DNA of 64,000 nt from Oculina patagonica (taxonomy: Eukaryota), in NCBI RefSeq assembly GCF_052425735.1, contig NC_135760.1, forward strand, positions 8,990,001 through 9,054,000, given 5' to 3'. The position numbers and the translations under genes are program-made. How positions within the stretch are numbered: the first letter of the stretch is position 1; each line of letters begins with the position of its first letter. Positions 25,740 to 37,700 of the stretch are shown piece by piece. A model generated the notes under the pieces. The model was given only the letters and a program-made list of their open reading frames with translations, was not told where the DNA came from and searched no databases.

Positions 25740-28700
25740 TCAACAATATGTGGTCTTTTCGGTGTCCACCAGTGATGACATACTCACGTTGCTGCTCATA
25801 GTTCTTGATCTTGATGACTTGTGGTCCCCTTCCTGAAATGAAAACTCCATTGTTACATTGTCAAAGGAAGCGTTGCGTGACTAACTGCTAATTATGTGCA
25901 AGGCGATAGGCACACATTCTCGTTCCCAGCGCTCTCGTTTCTTTTGGTCACGTGGTCGGCGAAACAAGGATACGACACAAGGAAAACGAGTAGCTCTGGG
26001 GACGAGAATGAGCGTTGGCGTTACTCCTGGAATTTCTGGAAAATTCCTGGAATTTAAAATTATTTTTCAGGACCAGGGCCCTAGAAAACTCCTTGAAAAA
26101 AACATTATTTTTCCGCCTACTTCTGGAAAACAGTCCTGGAATTAAAAAAGCAAATGAGATTGCTGTCATAACATTTCCGCAAACTCTTGGTAAGTCAGTT
26201 TCTCGAAAAGCACAATTTCTAAAACGTTGACAGCATGAAACTTGTTCCCTAGAAAACTCCTGGAATTCAGTTCCCCTCTGTTACCGAGAAGAGGCTGGAT
26301 CCCAGACTGCGTCAGTTGTGCACGTGATTAAGGCGTGCGTTACCATAGCTACATCAGTGCAAATCTCGTGCAAGTGCTTGACCGAAAAACCATCGCTATG
26401 ATAACTTACAGAGTCAAAACATTTCCGTCACTTCCGCGAACGCTGACGAGACATCCTGGAAGCTGTAAAAGGGAACGTGAACACATTCAACTGACAAAAA
26501 ATCTTCCTTTGCCCACAAAAGGATTAAAAAAAACTGTCTACGAAAAGCCGCAAAACCTGGCTAAGTTTCGAGCGACAAACTAAACTTTTCTCTTTATATT
26601 GGTAAGAAGACAGTTGTCGAGGACATTGCTCGTATCATGTTGAATACTTCATCTTCATTATTTATTACCGAGCTTAAAATTTACCATCTTTATTATTTAC
26701 TACACATTTGATGAATTCGACATTGCTGATCCTAGCAGTAGGACGCGTGTCACTTATCAACCTAGTAAAATGGCCCAGCTCACAACGAGTCTCTCGTAGC
26801 TCAGTTGGTTAGAGCGCCCAACCGGTATCTGGGAGGCCATGGGTTCGATTCCCGTCGGGGACTCAGAATTTTTCTTTGTCCCTTGCTCGTGTCATGTTGA
26901 ATACTTCATCTTCATCGACATTGTGATCCTTTCAATACAGTCAACTCTCTAAAATGGACACCGTTGGGACCGGTTCGAACTGTCCGTCTTAATTAAAGAG
27001 GTGTCCGTCTTATAGAGGCGTCCGTTAAGAGAGAGTTGACTGTATGTAACCAAATTCTGCGAAATAGCCTTAACTCCGGGGGAAATAATCAACACTGAAT
27101 TTTTCAGGCCTGACTAACGTCCTCACCTCCGCTTGCTCCTGAAGTTGTCTAATAGTCTGTTCTTTGATAAAATTTTCTGACTCCAAATCTTTCACTCGAT
27201 GTTTCCATCTTTCAAGTTCTTTTTCCTGCAAAAAGAAATTTGGTAACACTCCGTTAATGATTTGAACGTTGACCTTGTACATACATGTTGTAAAAATTCA
27301 ATTTGATTAAGTGACAACAGAAAAGCGAAACTGCATGGGTTTATTTGTTTTAAAAATGCTTTATCGGTTTGACAATTAAGAGATTGAAAACCTACCGTAT
27401 TTATCAAACGGCTTTTCAAGTGAGAGATTTTCTCGTCTTTTTGTCTTTTTGCTTCTTCAACACTTTTAAGTGCGTCTTTTATTTCCTTTTCCTAAAATGA
27501 GAGGGAGTTAGCGACGCTTGAATGCCGGAAATAGTTACACAACTATTACTTTACACACGCAGCAAACCTGAATAAAAACTTGTCAGTTTTTGGTTTTTGT
27601 TGAGTAATCTTCTTGTAACCAGAAACACCAACGTACTTATTTTAAAAATATTTAAAACAATTAGCTTCCTCTTAACTGAGAACAGTTTTCTATCGACTTT
27701 GTTCTTGACTTGTTTTTATGTGTTTATTATACGTTGGGGCAAAAAACTCATAAGGGTTTCTGGTTGGGGTTAGACGGAGTCTAGTCAGGTGTCAAATTTT
27801 GTAAATCTTTCGATTGTATTACGGTCGGGCACTCAAACCGTTTGGAGTTTTTTTTAACAAAGGCAAACTATCACAAATTAGCGGGATATAATTGGGCCCC
27901 TTTGGACAATTACCCGTTTGCAATCATTTCCTTAATTCTTATCATCCGTCTTGTTGAATATACATGTATGAACCTTGTGCAGAGAAAAGAGATTCTGATC
28001 TGTAGCATAACAGTGTACTAACCAGCCTCTCATCGTAAGCTCTCTTGAGTACATTTAACGCTTCCATACACGAATTACTAAACATCTTTGCTATAGCCTC
28101 GCTGTTGCTGCTTGGCGTTTCCTCTGAATCGCCCTTGCTACAAGTATCTGCAAGCTGTAATACCGCCTCGCTAGAAAGTCTTTTTGATCTGCTCAACTTA
28201 GCTAAAGGAATCGGCTCCAAGACTACACGACCTGACGGCTGCGGTGAAGCAGGAACGAGTGCTAAGCGTGCTAGCTTGTAATGCCCGTTAGGAACACAGT
28301 TTACGGGCGATGTGCTTTGGAGGCGATCTGTTTTCTGGGTGAGTAGATCCCTGTCTGTGTTATCGTTCGTGTCAAGATTCCTGCTTAGATTTTCTCTCCC
28401 ATTGTCGTCTATGTCAACAAGACGTGGATCCTGAGAGCTGTTTTGTCGCTCCAGACGTTTCTTACCATACTCGGCAAGGACGGCCTATCGTAAAAAATAT
28501 ATAAGAAACGGCAATTAAACCTTCGCAGTTCTGCAAGGGGACACCTCAGGGGCCACGACTACATGTACCCTTACAGGTGTCCGTAGTTACAGGGTCCTTA
28601 CAGAAAGTGACCATTAATAGTTACATGGTCTCTTACAGGAGGAGTCCACTCATTCTCGTCTCCAGAGCCGCTTGTCCCTCTTAGCCGGCTGAGCCTGGGG

Positions 28701-31700
28701 CACGAGGAACAAGTGGCTCTGGAGACACATGATTTGATTGGCTAGTTTTTAACAAAGGAAATCTATTTCTAGCCAATCAGATCAACTGATTAAAAATCGC
28801 ATGGTTGTAAGAGATTTTAAAACGGTTGATTTGATTGGCTAGATTTAAATTTCCTTTGTTAAAAATTTAGCCAATTAAATCATGTGTCCACAGAGCCACA
28901 TGTTCGTGTCCCAGGTTTTGTCGGCTAAGAGGGACAAGCAGCCCTGGGGACGAGAATGGATTCTACTAACTGTAGGTTAAAAAATTGTCAGGTTCAAGTT
29001 TCGTCCCCGAGTCAGTGAATGCTTTACCTGTGCTTCGGGATAGTCTCTGATGGCAGCCAGAACATCTTCCTTTGCAAGAACAAAACACTCCACATATCCT
29101 ACTGTCCGCACGTCAGCTGTTCGTCTGCAAAAAAAAAAACACAATTTAACCTCGGTAAAACAAAAATCTTTTGCAGGCGACTTTAAAAGGTCAGGGGAGT
29201 TATTCTATATAGGGAGTTGAGTTATTGCTGCTACTCCTCCCTGGAAGGGTTGTCAGACAATTGCAGGTAACCCACACCCCCCGCCCCACCCCCACCCCAC
29301 CCCCCTGCCTTCGCGCTACATTTTGTCTAATTGTCTCTAGTTCAATTCGCCAGTACCCGATTATACACCTGAGTGGAGAAAGGCACTGCAAGAGAAAAAT
29401 TTCTTGTTCTTGACTACAGCGCAGACTGTGGCCGACTCCATGACTCCAAGTCTTTAATCCTCTGGGCTGGTCTGAAAGTCAGACGAACCAAACTAGCGCG
29501 GCAATGAAAATGTCATAAAACGATTTTCGCGCAAAATGCTTCCATGCATTAAATTATCAGCTCCTCGTATTCCTTACAGGTATAAGAATTCTATTTTAAC
29601 CTGCAATGTGATAGCATCAGTTCTCATCCACAGGGGAGAGGAAATGCTCCGACCCTTTGTCGCATTATATGCTTTCGAAACCAAGGAAAAGCACCAGGTT
29701 TCAATCTTTATGACATTATAGATTGCGCATTAGTTCCTGTACTTGCCTGTTTTGGCCTTCACTCAAGCTGAGAATTCCAATCTCACCGAAGAAATCTCCA
29801 CCAGAGAGAACTTTAAGTACTTGACCTTGATCTCTGTAAATGCAGTGTTAAAATTATCATTAACGATTGTTTGATTTTTCTTGCATAAAAAATGTTAAGC
29901 AGCAGTTTTTGCTCCAGTTCCTACCCTATGACCTCGATCCTTCCGTCTATTATGACGTACATCTCTCGTGCAACCTCGCCTTTTCTACAAACGAGGTCGC
30001 CTGGGGTGAATATTCTCAGTTTCATCTGGAGGACGAGATGGTGCAAAAATTCCGGCTGACATTTTTGCAAGAACGTCACCTTAAAAAATTAAGAAAACGG
30101 AACTGATATCAAATTAATTAATATTAGCTGTGTAGGTAGAGAAGTATTTCATTTCAATTTCAACTCGGAGAAAACCCTACAATAGAACTGGAAAATATGT
30201 GGAGAATATCTATTCAGTTCCTTCATATTTATTTCGTCCCAACGTGTTCAGAGTTAATGAGATGCAGTGTTTCTGCTACCAGCTAAACTTAGTTTGACCT
30301 CATTCAGTCCCAAGCTCAAAATACAATTTCGTCTAACTGGTTGCCATACATTTCTTTTTATTAATGACGGTTCTGTTAACTTGGTGGTGCGTACATCAGC
30401 ACTAAATTTCCTAGTTGATAATTTTCTTTATTCTCATCATGATCACTCGTCTGTTTACCAATGCATTTACACTGTAAGGCCAAATTACATGTTGGACACT
30501 TGCTTTGGGTTTTGGGGGGAAAAAAACTAGCTTTACTAGCGAGCTCGGCTTTCCTTCAATTACAGTTGAATTCCGATTTCTCGAATCTCGGAGGGAAACG
30601 ACACTCACAATGGAACAAGAAATCGGGGGAGGGGGTGGAAGTTTCAGGAAATTTCTCGTACAATAAAGATACGTTTTCACTACTTTTACTAGTTTACCTT
30701 TCGCAGTGTCTCAAGATTCACGTGCAGAGCGATCTCAGTCTTTAGTTTGTTCGGCAGTAGAGTGAGAGAGTTCAGGTCTCCTCCCCCGGTACTCATCCGG
30801 CCTCTAAAATTGAAGACAGACAATACCTCATGAACGCAGCAAAATCCTTCATTGCAATTGGTATAAAAATGTAAGATAATTAGTTTGCGAGTGCACGGTT
30901 TTTTAATAGGCTGATATCGGTTAATCGTAATCATGATCGAAAGCAATGCCGTTGTTAGTTTCAGTAATTGTTGAAAAAATAGCATACACAATCCAGGATC
31001 GATCGATAGAGTGAGACAGTGCTTGCGTAGCTAATCCGATTAAGAATTTGTCATAAATCATTCAATCAGTCAGTCAATCAGCCAGTCAGCCAGTCANNNN
31101 NNNNNNNNNNNNNNNNNNNNNNNNNNNNNNNNNNNNNNNNNNNNNNNNNNNNNNNNNNNNNNNNNNNNNNNNNNNNNNNNNNNNNNNNNNNNNNNNNNNN
31201 NNNNNNNNNNNNNNNNNNNNNNNNNNNNNNNNNNNNNNNAGTCAATCAACCAGCCAGCCAGCCAGTCAGTCAGTCCGTCAGTCAGTCAGTCCGTCAGTCA
31301 GTCAGTCAGTCAGTCAGTCAGTCAGTCAGTCAGTCAGTCAGTCAATCAGTCGTGGTCAGTCAGTCAGTCAGTCAGTCTGTCTGTCACGTCGTTTGAAGAA
31401 AAAACAAATGTATAAAAAGAGATCTGTCTGTCTGACTATGCTTCTGTGAGACTATTTCTATCAGGTTAGAAACGGTAAGTAGCTTGCACGTTCTTCGCCT
31501 GATTTTCACCTCATCCAATTCACTAAATCATCATTTAACCTTTTACCCAGGGCACATTCTCTTCACCTCTTGGGAACAAGTCTGAAGGAAGCTGGAGACA
31601 GTTGAGAGTTCTTACCTTGCCCAAGAATAGTCGTACCACATCACAACGCGTCTTTGTAAGTCCTTTGGCACGTTATGCTTCTTCATGTACTGTTTCGTGT

Positions 31701-34700
31701 TTTCCTGCCGAGATAACACAGAAAAAATATTCACATTCTGCGCTTTGTGATTTCTCATCCGATCAAAAGAAAAACCAAAGCCAATCGTGACCCGCTCGCG
31801 CACTCTTTTCCGCCTTTCGCGAGGCTACATGTATCTGCTTCGAGTTTAAATTGGTTCACTTAAGTAATTGTGACCTTTGTGATTGATCAGAGTGACTACT
31901 TTGGGTCTGATTTTACGACACTCAATTAAAAACTGCTCTATAGAATAGAGTTCAAAAGTACTCACCCTTTGTTTTTCGAAATCCATTCTTACTGCATTTC
32001 TGTTTACAATGATGCTTCCTGCGTTACCTGAGAAAAAAACATAATGAGAACAGTCGTCAGATAACCTTTTTTCAACTGGACATTCCCTGCGCAACCAGTC
32101 TATGCCAATATCACATTGGCTGGTGCATGACACTCCAACTGATCGAATTATCTTTATCGCAATAAAATTATTACGTCTATTTTGTTTTCATTGATGTAAA
32201 ATTAATTAAGTGCAACTTACCAACGATAGTAGCAAACATGAAAACACCGGTTAAGTAGCAAGCGATAGTATAAACATATCTGAAACAACAGGCAAGAAAA
32301 ACAAAATTACAGTTAAACACAGAGAGTTGTACATGTTTTGTAAAGCAGTAGTTTTTTTGCTAAATTTGTGTTACAAAGTTCTAAGGCAAGATCGGACTGT
32401 TGTAAAACCAAAAGTGACAACAACATCGACACATTTGTGTGTCAAAAATATTTCGCGTTTACTTTAGTTTTACATTACTTCGCTTAATGATTGGTTTAAA
32501 AAGCTCGCGCTACTTTCTCAACCCATCAGAAGTAAAACCAAAACCGATCGTGACTCGCTCGCGTATGTTTTCCCGCGCCAGTTTTCGCGCAGGCTACATG
32601 TATATGTTACGAGTTTTGATTGGTTTACTGCATTGTCTGCGCTCTTTGTGATTGGCCAGAGTGATTACTTTGGTTTTAATTCTAGGACTCTCCAGTAAAA
32701 ACTGCTCTATTCTGTTGTGTTATAACCTAGGGGACTGGGGAGGAGCACATGGTCTAGCTATCCAACATGGCGTAGTCGACATCGAGTTGTGCGGCCATTT
32801 TTCAATCTGCTCGCCGATCGCTATCGATCATAGACGTTAGAAGCTTCATTTCTTCGCTCTAGGGGCGACGTTTGTCTCAACTATAAAGGAAATGCCACCC
32901 AAGCCAATTCCAAAACCCTCCGAGGGGGCCAGTGCGAGTCCAACAACAACATCTGGACCAAACCTTCAATTTATTTCTTCTGAAATTGCACGAGTGCCGA
33001 AGCTTGATATTGCAACCTCTACTCCAGACGGATTCCAAATTTGGAAGCAGCGATGGAACTCTGCAGTGACAATTACAGCTTTCTCCGATCTTCCTAGAGA
33101 AACCCAACAAGCTCTATTTACAAACGTCCTGAGCGATGACACCGTTAAAAGAATGAACATCTTAGGGCTACAAGATGTCAATGCTATCATTGAGTCTTTC
33201 CAAACCCAGGTATGTGGAAGTACAAGTATCTTTGTTCATGAATACGAGTTTCACAACAGGTCCCAAGGGACAAATGAGTCTTTTGAAGAGTTTTACATTG
33301 ATTTACAGTCCCTGTTGAATAAGTGCCAGTATGAAGATTGTTGCAAGACTGAAACTAGAATGTCATGTAAAGAGCGTGTTCTTCTTGCAAGATTAGTGGC
33401 TGGCATAAGGTCCAATGAGGTTCGTAAGAGTCTTCTGTGTATTAAAGATCTAACCCTCGAGAAAGCTGTTCAACATGTTCAAGTTGATGAAGCCACTTCA
33501 TTTCAAGCAAACCAATTTTCTTCTCAAATAAACAAAACTGGTGCTTCTGCCTACAGAAAAGGCAAATCAAGCAATAACTCTGACAACAGCAATGCACCTC
33601 CTTCTGACATGTCAGAAGACAGCCCTAGGAAATGCAAATTCTGTATGAGGTTCCATGTATTCCGAAAGGAATTATGCCCTGCAAAAGATTCTATTTGCAA
33701 AGCCTGCAACACCAAAGGCCACTGGGCCAAATCCCTCATGTGTCCCAATAATTCTAAGACTGGTCCAAAGCGACCCAGCGAGGATAGGAAATCAGATGCT
33801 CATGCAGCACAGCCTGGCTCCTCTGGAAATCCTTCTCTTCAATTGATTTCAGCTGATGGAAAGTCTCAAATAAGCCACACTGCATCTGTTAAAACTATCA
33901 ACCTTTCTGCTATTCCTAGTGTTGGAACTCACTGCTATGCTGACTTTGTTATTGGCAATCACAACTGGATTCAGCAGTGCATGGTTGATCCTGGTGCCAA
34001 TATAAACTGTGTTGGTTATGACTGGATCACTCGTTTTGAAACTCCTGAATGGAACTATAACCTAGAGTGTGGTTCCGTTAAAGCTGCTGGTGGTCACAAC
34101 CTTAAAGTTGAAGCACGCGTACTTCTGAAGATTTCCTGGCCCCCAGAAGACCCAGTTCTCTCAGCTAGCCAATGGTTCCACATTATCCACGGTGAGGATG
34201 GAGTTGTCCTTGGCACTCCTGCTTGTCGAGCTCTTGGTGTCATAGATGACCAGTGGCCATTGTCTACTTTGGAAGAAAAAGTCAACCCCTCTTCTTCAAC
34301 TGTAAAAACACTGCAGGCAGACCCTGCCCAGTCTTTACCTGGCAGCACATTACAGGACCAACTACACTCTGACGCCAACAATTTTGAGTCTCTACCTCCG
34401 CCTCCAGATGATGACCTGTTGTCTCACTTGAACTGGATGCACCATGCAGCAGATGACGTACAAGTAAATGTGATTGGAACCTCTTCAGAGCCAACCATCG
34501 CCGAGAGTTCAGAAGACTCTGATTTTTCATCCCTCTTACACGATTATGAAGACATCTTTGATGAGACTTTTCTTCCTGCCATGTCAGGTGAACCATTTAA
34601 GATCAATCTCAAGCCCAATGCTACACCCTATGCTCAGTTAAAGGCAAGAAAAGTTCCAATCCCTTACTTGGAGCAACTGAAGAAACAACTTCAGGAGATG

Positions 34701-37700
34701 GAGCAACTTGGAGTAATCTCACCATGCGAAGAACCCAGCCCATGGTGTCACCCAATCGTAATAGCCCCGAAGAAGGGCACTGATGAACTCAGAATTTGCA
34801 TTGATTTCACTCGCTTGAATAAATTTATTCAGCGTGAATATCATCTCAGTAACTCTCCTTTTGAAGCTGTAACCAGCATTCCTCAAGAGGAGCTTGCATA
34901 CTTCTGCAAGTTTGATGCTCGCCATGGTTACTGGCAAGTTCCACTTCATGCTGAATCACGTCCTCTCACCTGCTTTATTACACCATTTGGTCGATTTGTG
35001 TGTAATCGAGCTGCATTTGGAATTAACAGCATCTCTGAATGGTACAACCGCCGCATGGACAAGGTCGTTGCTGGCCTGGAAGGAGTTCGCAAAATCGTTG
35101 ATGACATTCTGATCTATGCACCAAGTCTGTCTATTCTGAAGATGCGCACCTGTGCCTTCCTTGATCACTGTCGTCAGCATGGTGTCACGCTCAAACAAAC
35201 AAAGTCGCAGCTTGCCGTTACAGAAGTCGAGTTTGGTGGATTTCGTCTGACGAAAACTGGCATCCAGACCAGTCCTGACCTACTAAAATCTATCAGGGAT
35301 TTTCCTCGCCCACAAAACCTCACCGATCTCCGCTCATGGTTTGGGTTAGTAAACCAGCTTGGCAATTTCTCCAAGGAACTCACTGCAATTATGGCACCCT
35401 TCCGCCCTCTTCTTGCAAAGGATACAGTGTTCCAATGGTTGCCTGAACATGAACATGCCTTCCTGGAAGCGAAATCTCGCCTGAGTTCCACTCCTGTGCT
35501 AACATACTTCGCTGTTAACCAACCAACTATTCTTGCTACTGATGCATCTCGTCTCAAGGGACTGGGTTTCGTCCTCCTACAATTGGTAGATGATGTCTGG
35601 AAACCAATACAAGCAGGTTCACGCTTCTTGACTCCTGCAGAAAGCCGCTATGCTATGATAGAACTTGAGGCTCTTGCTGCCTGCTGGGCAATGAAGAAAT
35701 GCAACATGTTTGTTCAGGGTTTACCACACTTCACCCTTCTTACTGACCATCAGCCTTTCATCCCAATACTGAATTCTAAGGGAATTGCAGATGTCGAGAA
35801 TCCCAGACTCCAGCGACTTATGATGAAGATGCTGCCATATTCGTTCACTGCAGAATGGGTGAAAGGCAAGGATCATTTGGCTGCAGACGCTCTTTCTCGT
35901 TTCCCAGTGGATGAGCCATCACTCGATGATGAGCTATGTAACATTCATGCTGAAGCAGCTGTAAAGATCCAATTTGCTGATAAGTCAACTGAAGACCTAC
36001 AACTTCATGAAGTTTTTCAAGCTCAGCAGACAGACCCTCAGATTTCTCAAGTTACAGAGTACATCAATTGTGGATGGCCTAAATCACTAGAAGAAGTAGC
36101 AACAGTTGCAAAACCTTTCTGGCCTATCCGTCACAACCTTTACCTCGTTGCACCAACCACTGGCAGATCTATTCTTGTAATGAATGGACGAACTGTTATT
36201 CCATCCTCTCTACAAAAGAAGATGCTTTTGGTTCTGCATGAAGGGCATCAAGGTGTTGATAAAACTCGCCGCCGTGCCCGTGCTTCCATCTATTGGCCTG
36301 GCATAGATCGCGAAATCGAAGACATGGTGAAACGATGCCACCAGTGTCTGACACATCTTCCAGTAAATTCTAAAGAACCACTGGAGCAGCCACCAATACC
36401 AACAAGACCTTGGGAGAAGCTAGGTGTTGACCTATTTAGCCTCGATGGAAATGAGTACCTCATTACCACCGACTATTTCTCCTTTTTCACTGAAGTGCAT
36501 GATCTAAAGAAGAACAGTAAGGCGCCATTAGTGATCAAGGAACTGAAGAAGACTTTTTCGCGCTTTGGAACACCTGTGGAAGTAGTCTCTGACGGTGGCT
36601 CTCAGTTCACGTGTAAGGCCTTTGAAGATTTCTCACAAGAGTGGGGTTTCCAACACACTGTGTCATCACCTACACATGCGCAGTCAAATGGCAAAGCTGA
36701 GGCAGCCGTAAAAAATGTCAAAAAGCTACTCAAGAAGTGTGGATCAATGAATCATGATGAATTTTGGAAAGGTATGTTAGCAATCCGCAACACTCCACTT
36801 GCCTGTGGGAAGAGTCCAGCTGAGTTGTTATTTGGCAGAGCACTGCATGACTTTCTTCCTCGAGTCCCAAACCCTAAGGAAGAATTTCTAACTCCCACCA
36901 CAAGGAAGAAAATCCTACATGCCAAGAGTAAGGAGAAACTCTACTATGATAAACATACCAAAGTACTACCTCCTCTAGAACTAGGATCCCGTGTCGCAAT
37001 TCGCTCTCGCAATGACACTGACTGGTCCCTTCTTGGGACTGTTATTGAAATTAGACCAAACCGTACCTTTGCTGTCGAAACTGACCGTGGTTCGGTGCTC
37101 ATCCGCAACAGAAAGTACCTGAAGCTCACAATCTGACAATGTGCCTTTTCTACATGTTTGCGTTCCTTTTTTATTATCTCCTAAAGAGGGAGGGAGATGT
37201 TGTACGTTCTCTGATCTCCTCCTGTCGGGGGAGGGAGATGTTGTGTTATAACCTAGGGGACTGGGGAGGAGCACATGGTCTAGCTATCCAACATATTCCG
37301 ATTTTGCGTTTGCGTTCAAGTTTTTTTTAACAAATATGTCAATACGCGTGAACATCGTTGAAGCGAGGGCAATCTGCCGTCTTGGTTATAGACTAATAAA
37401 AGACATCAAATACGCCTGCGTATTCTTACGTTCCTTGGGCTTGCTTTAGACCGTGATACAGGTTTCACTTTCAGGAGAATTCGATTTACAGCCTTTACAA
37501 TACAGAAACGGTTTAATTATAAGTGAAGCGTAAGAAAACAATTCGGAAAATGTTAATTGCCTTGAAAAGGAATCTTTCATAATCCTTATTCGAACAAATG
37601 CCAGTGTTTATATATAGCTTTTAAATAAAAGTGTGGGAGTCCACCAATTTTCAGTTAAGTAGTTTTGACAAAGATAAAAATGTCTGAACAAAACACATAT

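Larger units (their letters stand above)
32713..37293 (+). mobile_element. Full-length Ty3/Gypsy (Mag-like) LTR retrotransposon, 4581 bp, antisense in CNG intron 1
   Basis: Identical 55-bp LTRs (TGTTG...CAACA), 5-bp TSD TATTC (32708-32712, 37294-37298), PBS, PPT, and an intact gag-pol ORF with PR-RT-RH-IN order. Confidence 0.97.

Noticed and set aside
26788-26864. Apparent tRNA-Thr(GGT) gene, also at about 63760-63835 (-) and 45035-45110 (-)
   Set aside because: The anticodon loop CCGGTAT lacks U33, the stems are imperfect, and the block is embedded in a dispersed repeat with shared flanks. It is a SINE-like head rather than a functional tRNA.
32966-37274. Several antisense ORFs within the retrotransposon
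   Set aside because: They are short shadows of gag-pol with no env-like or other recognisable domain.
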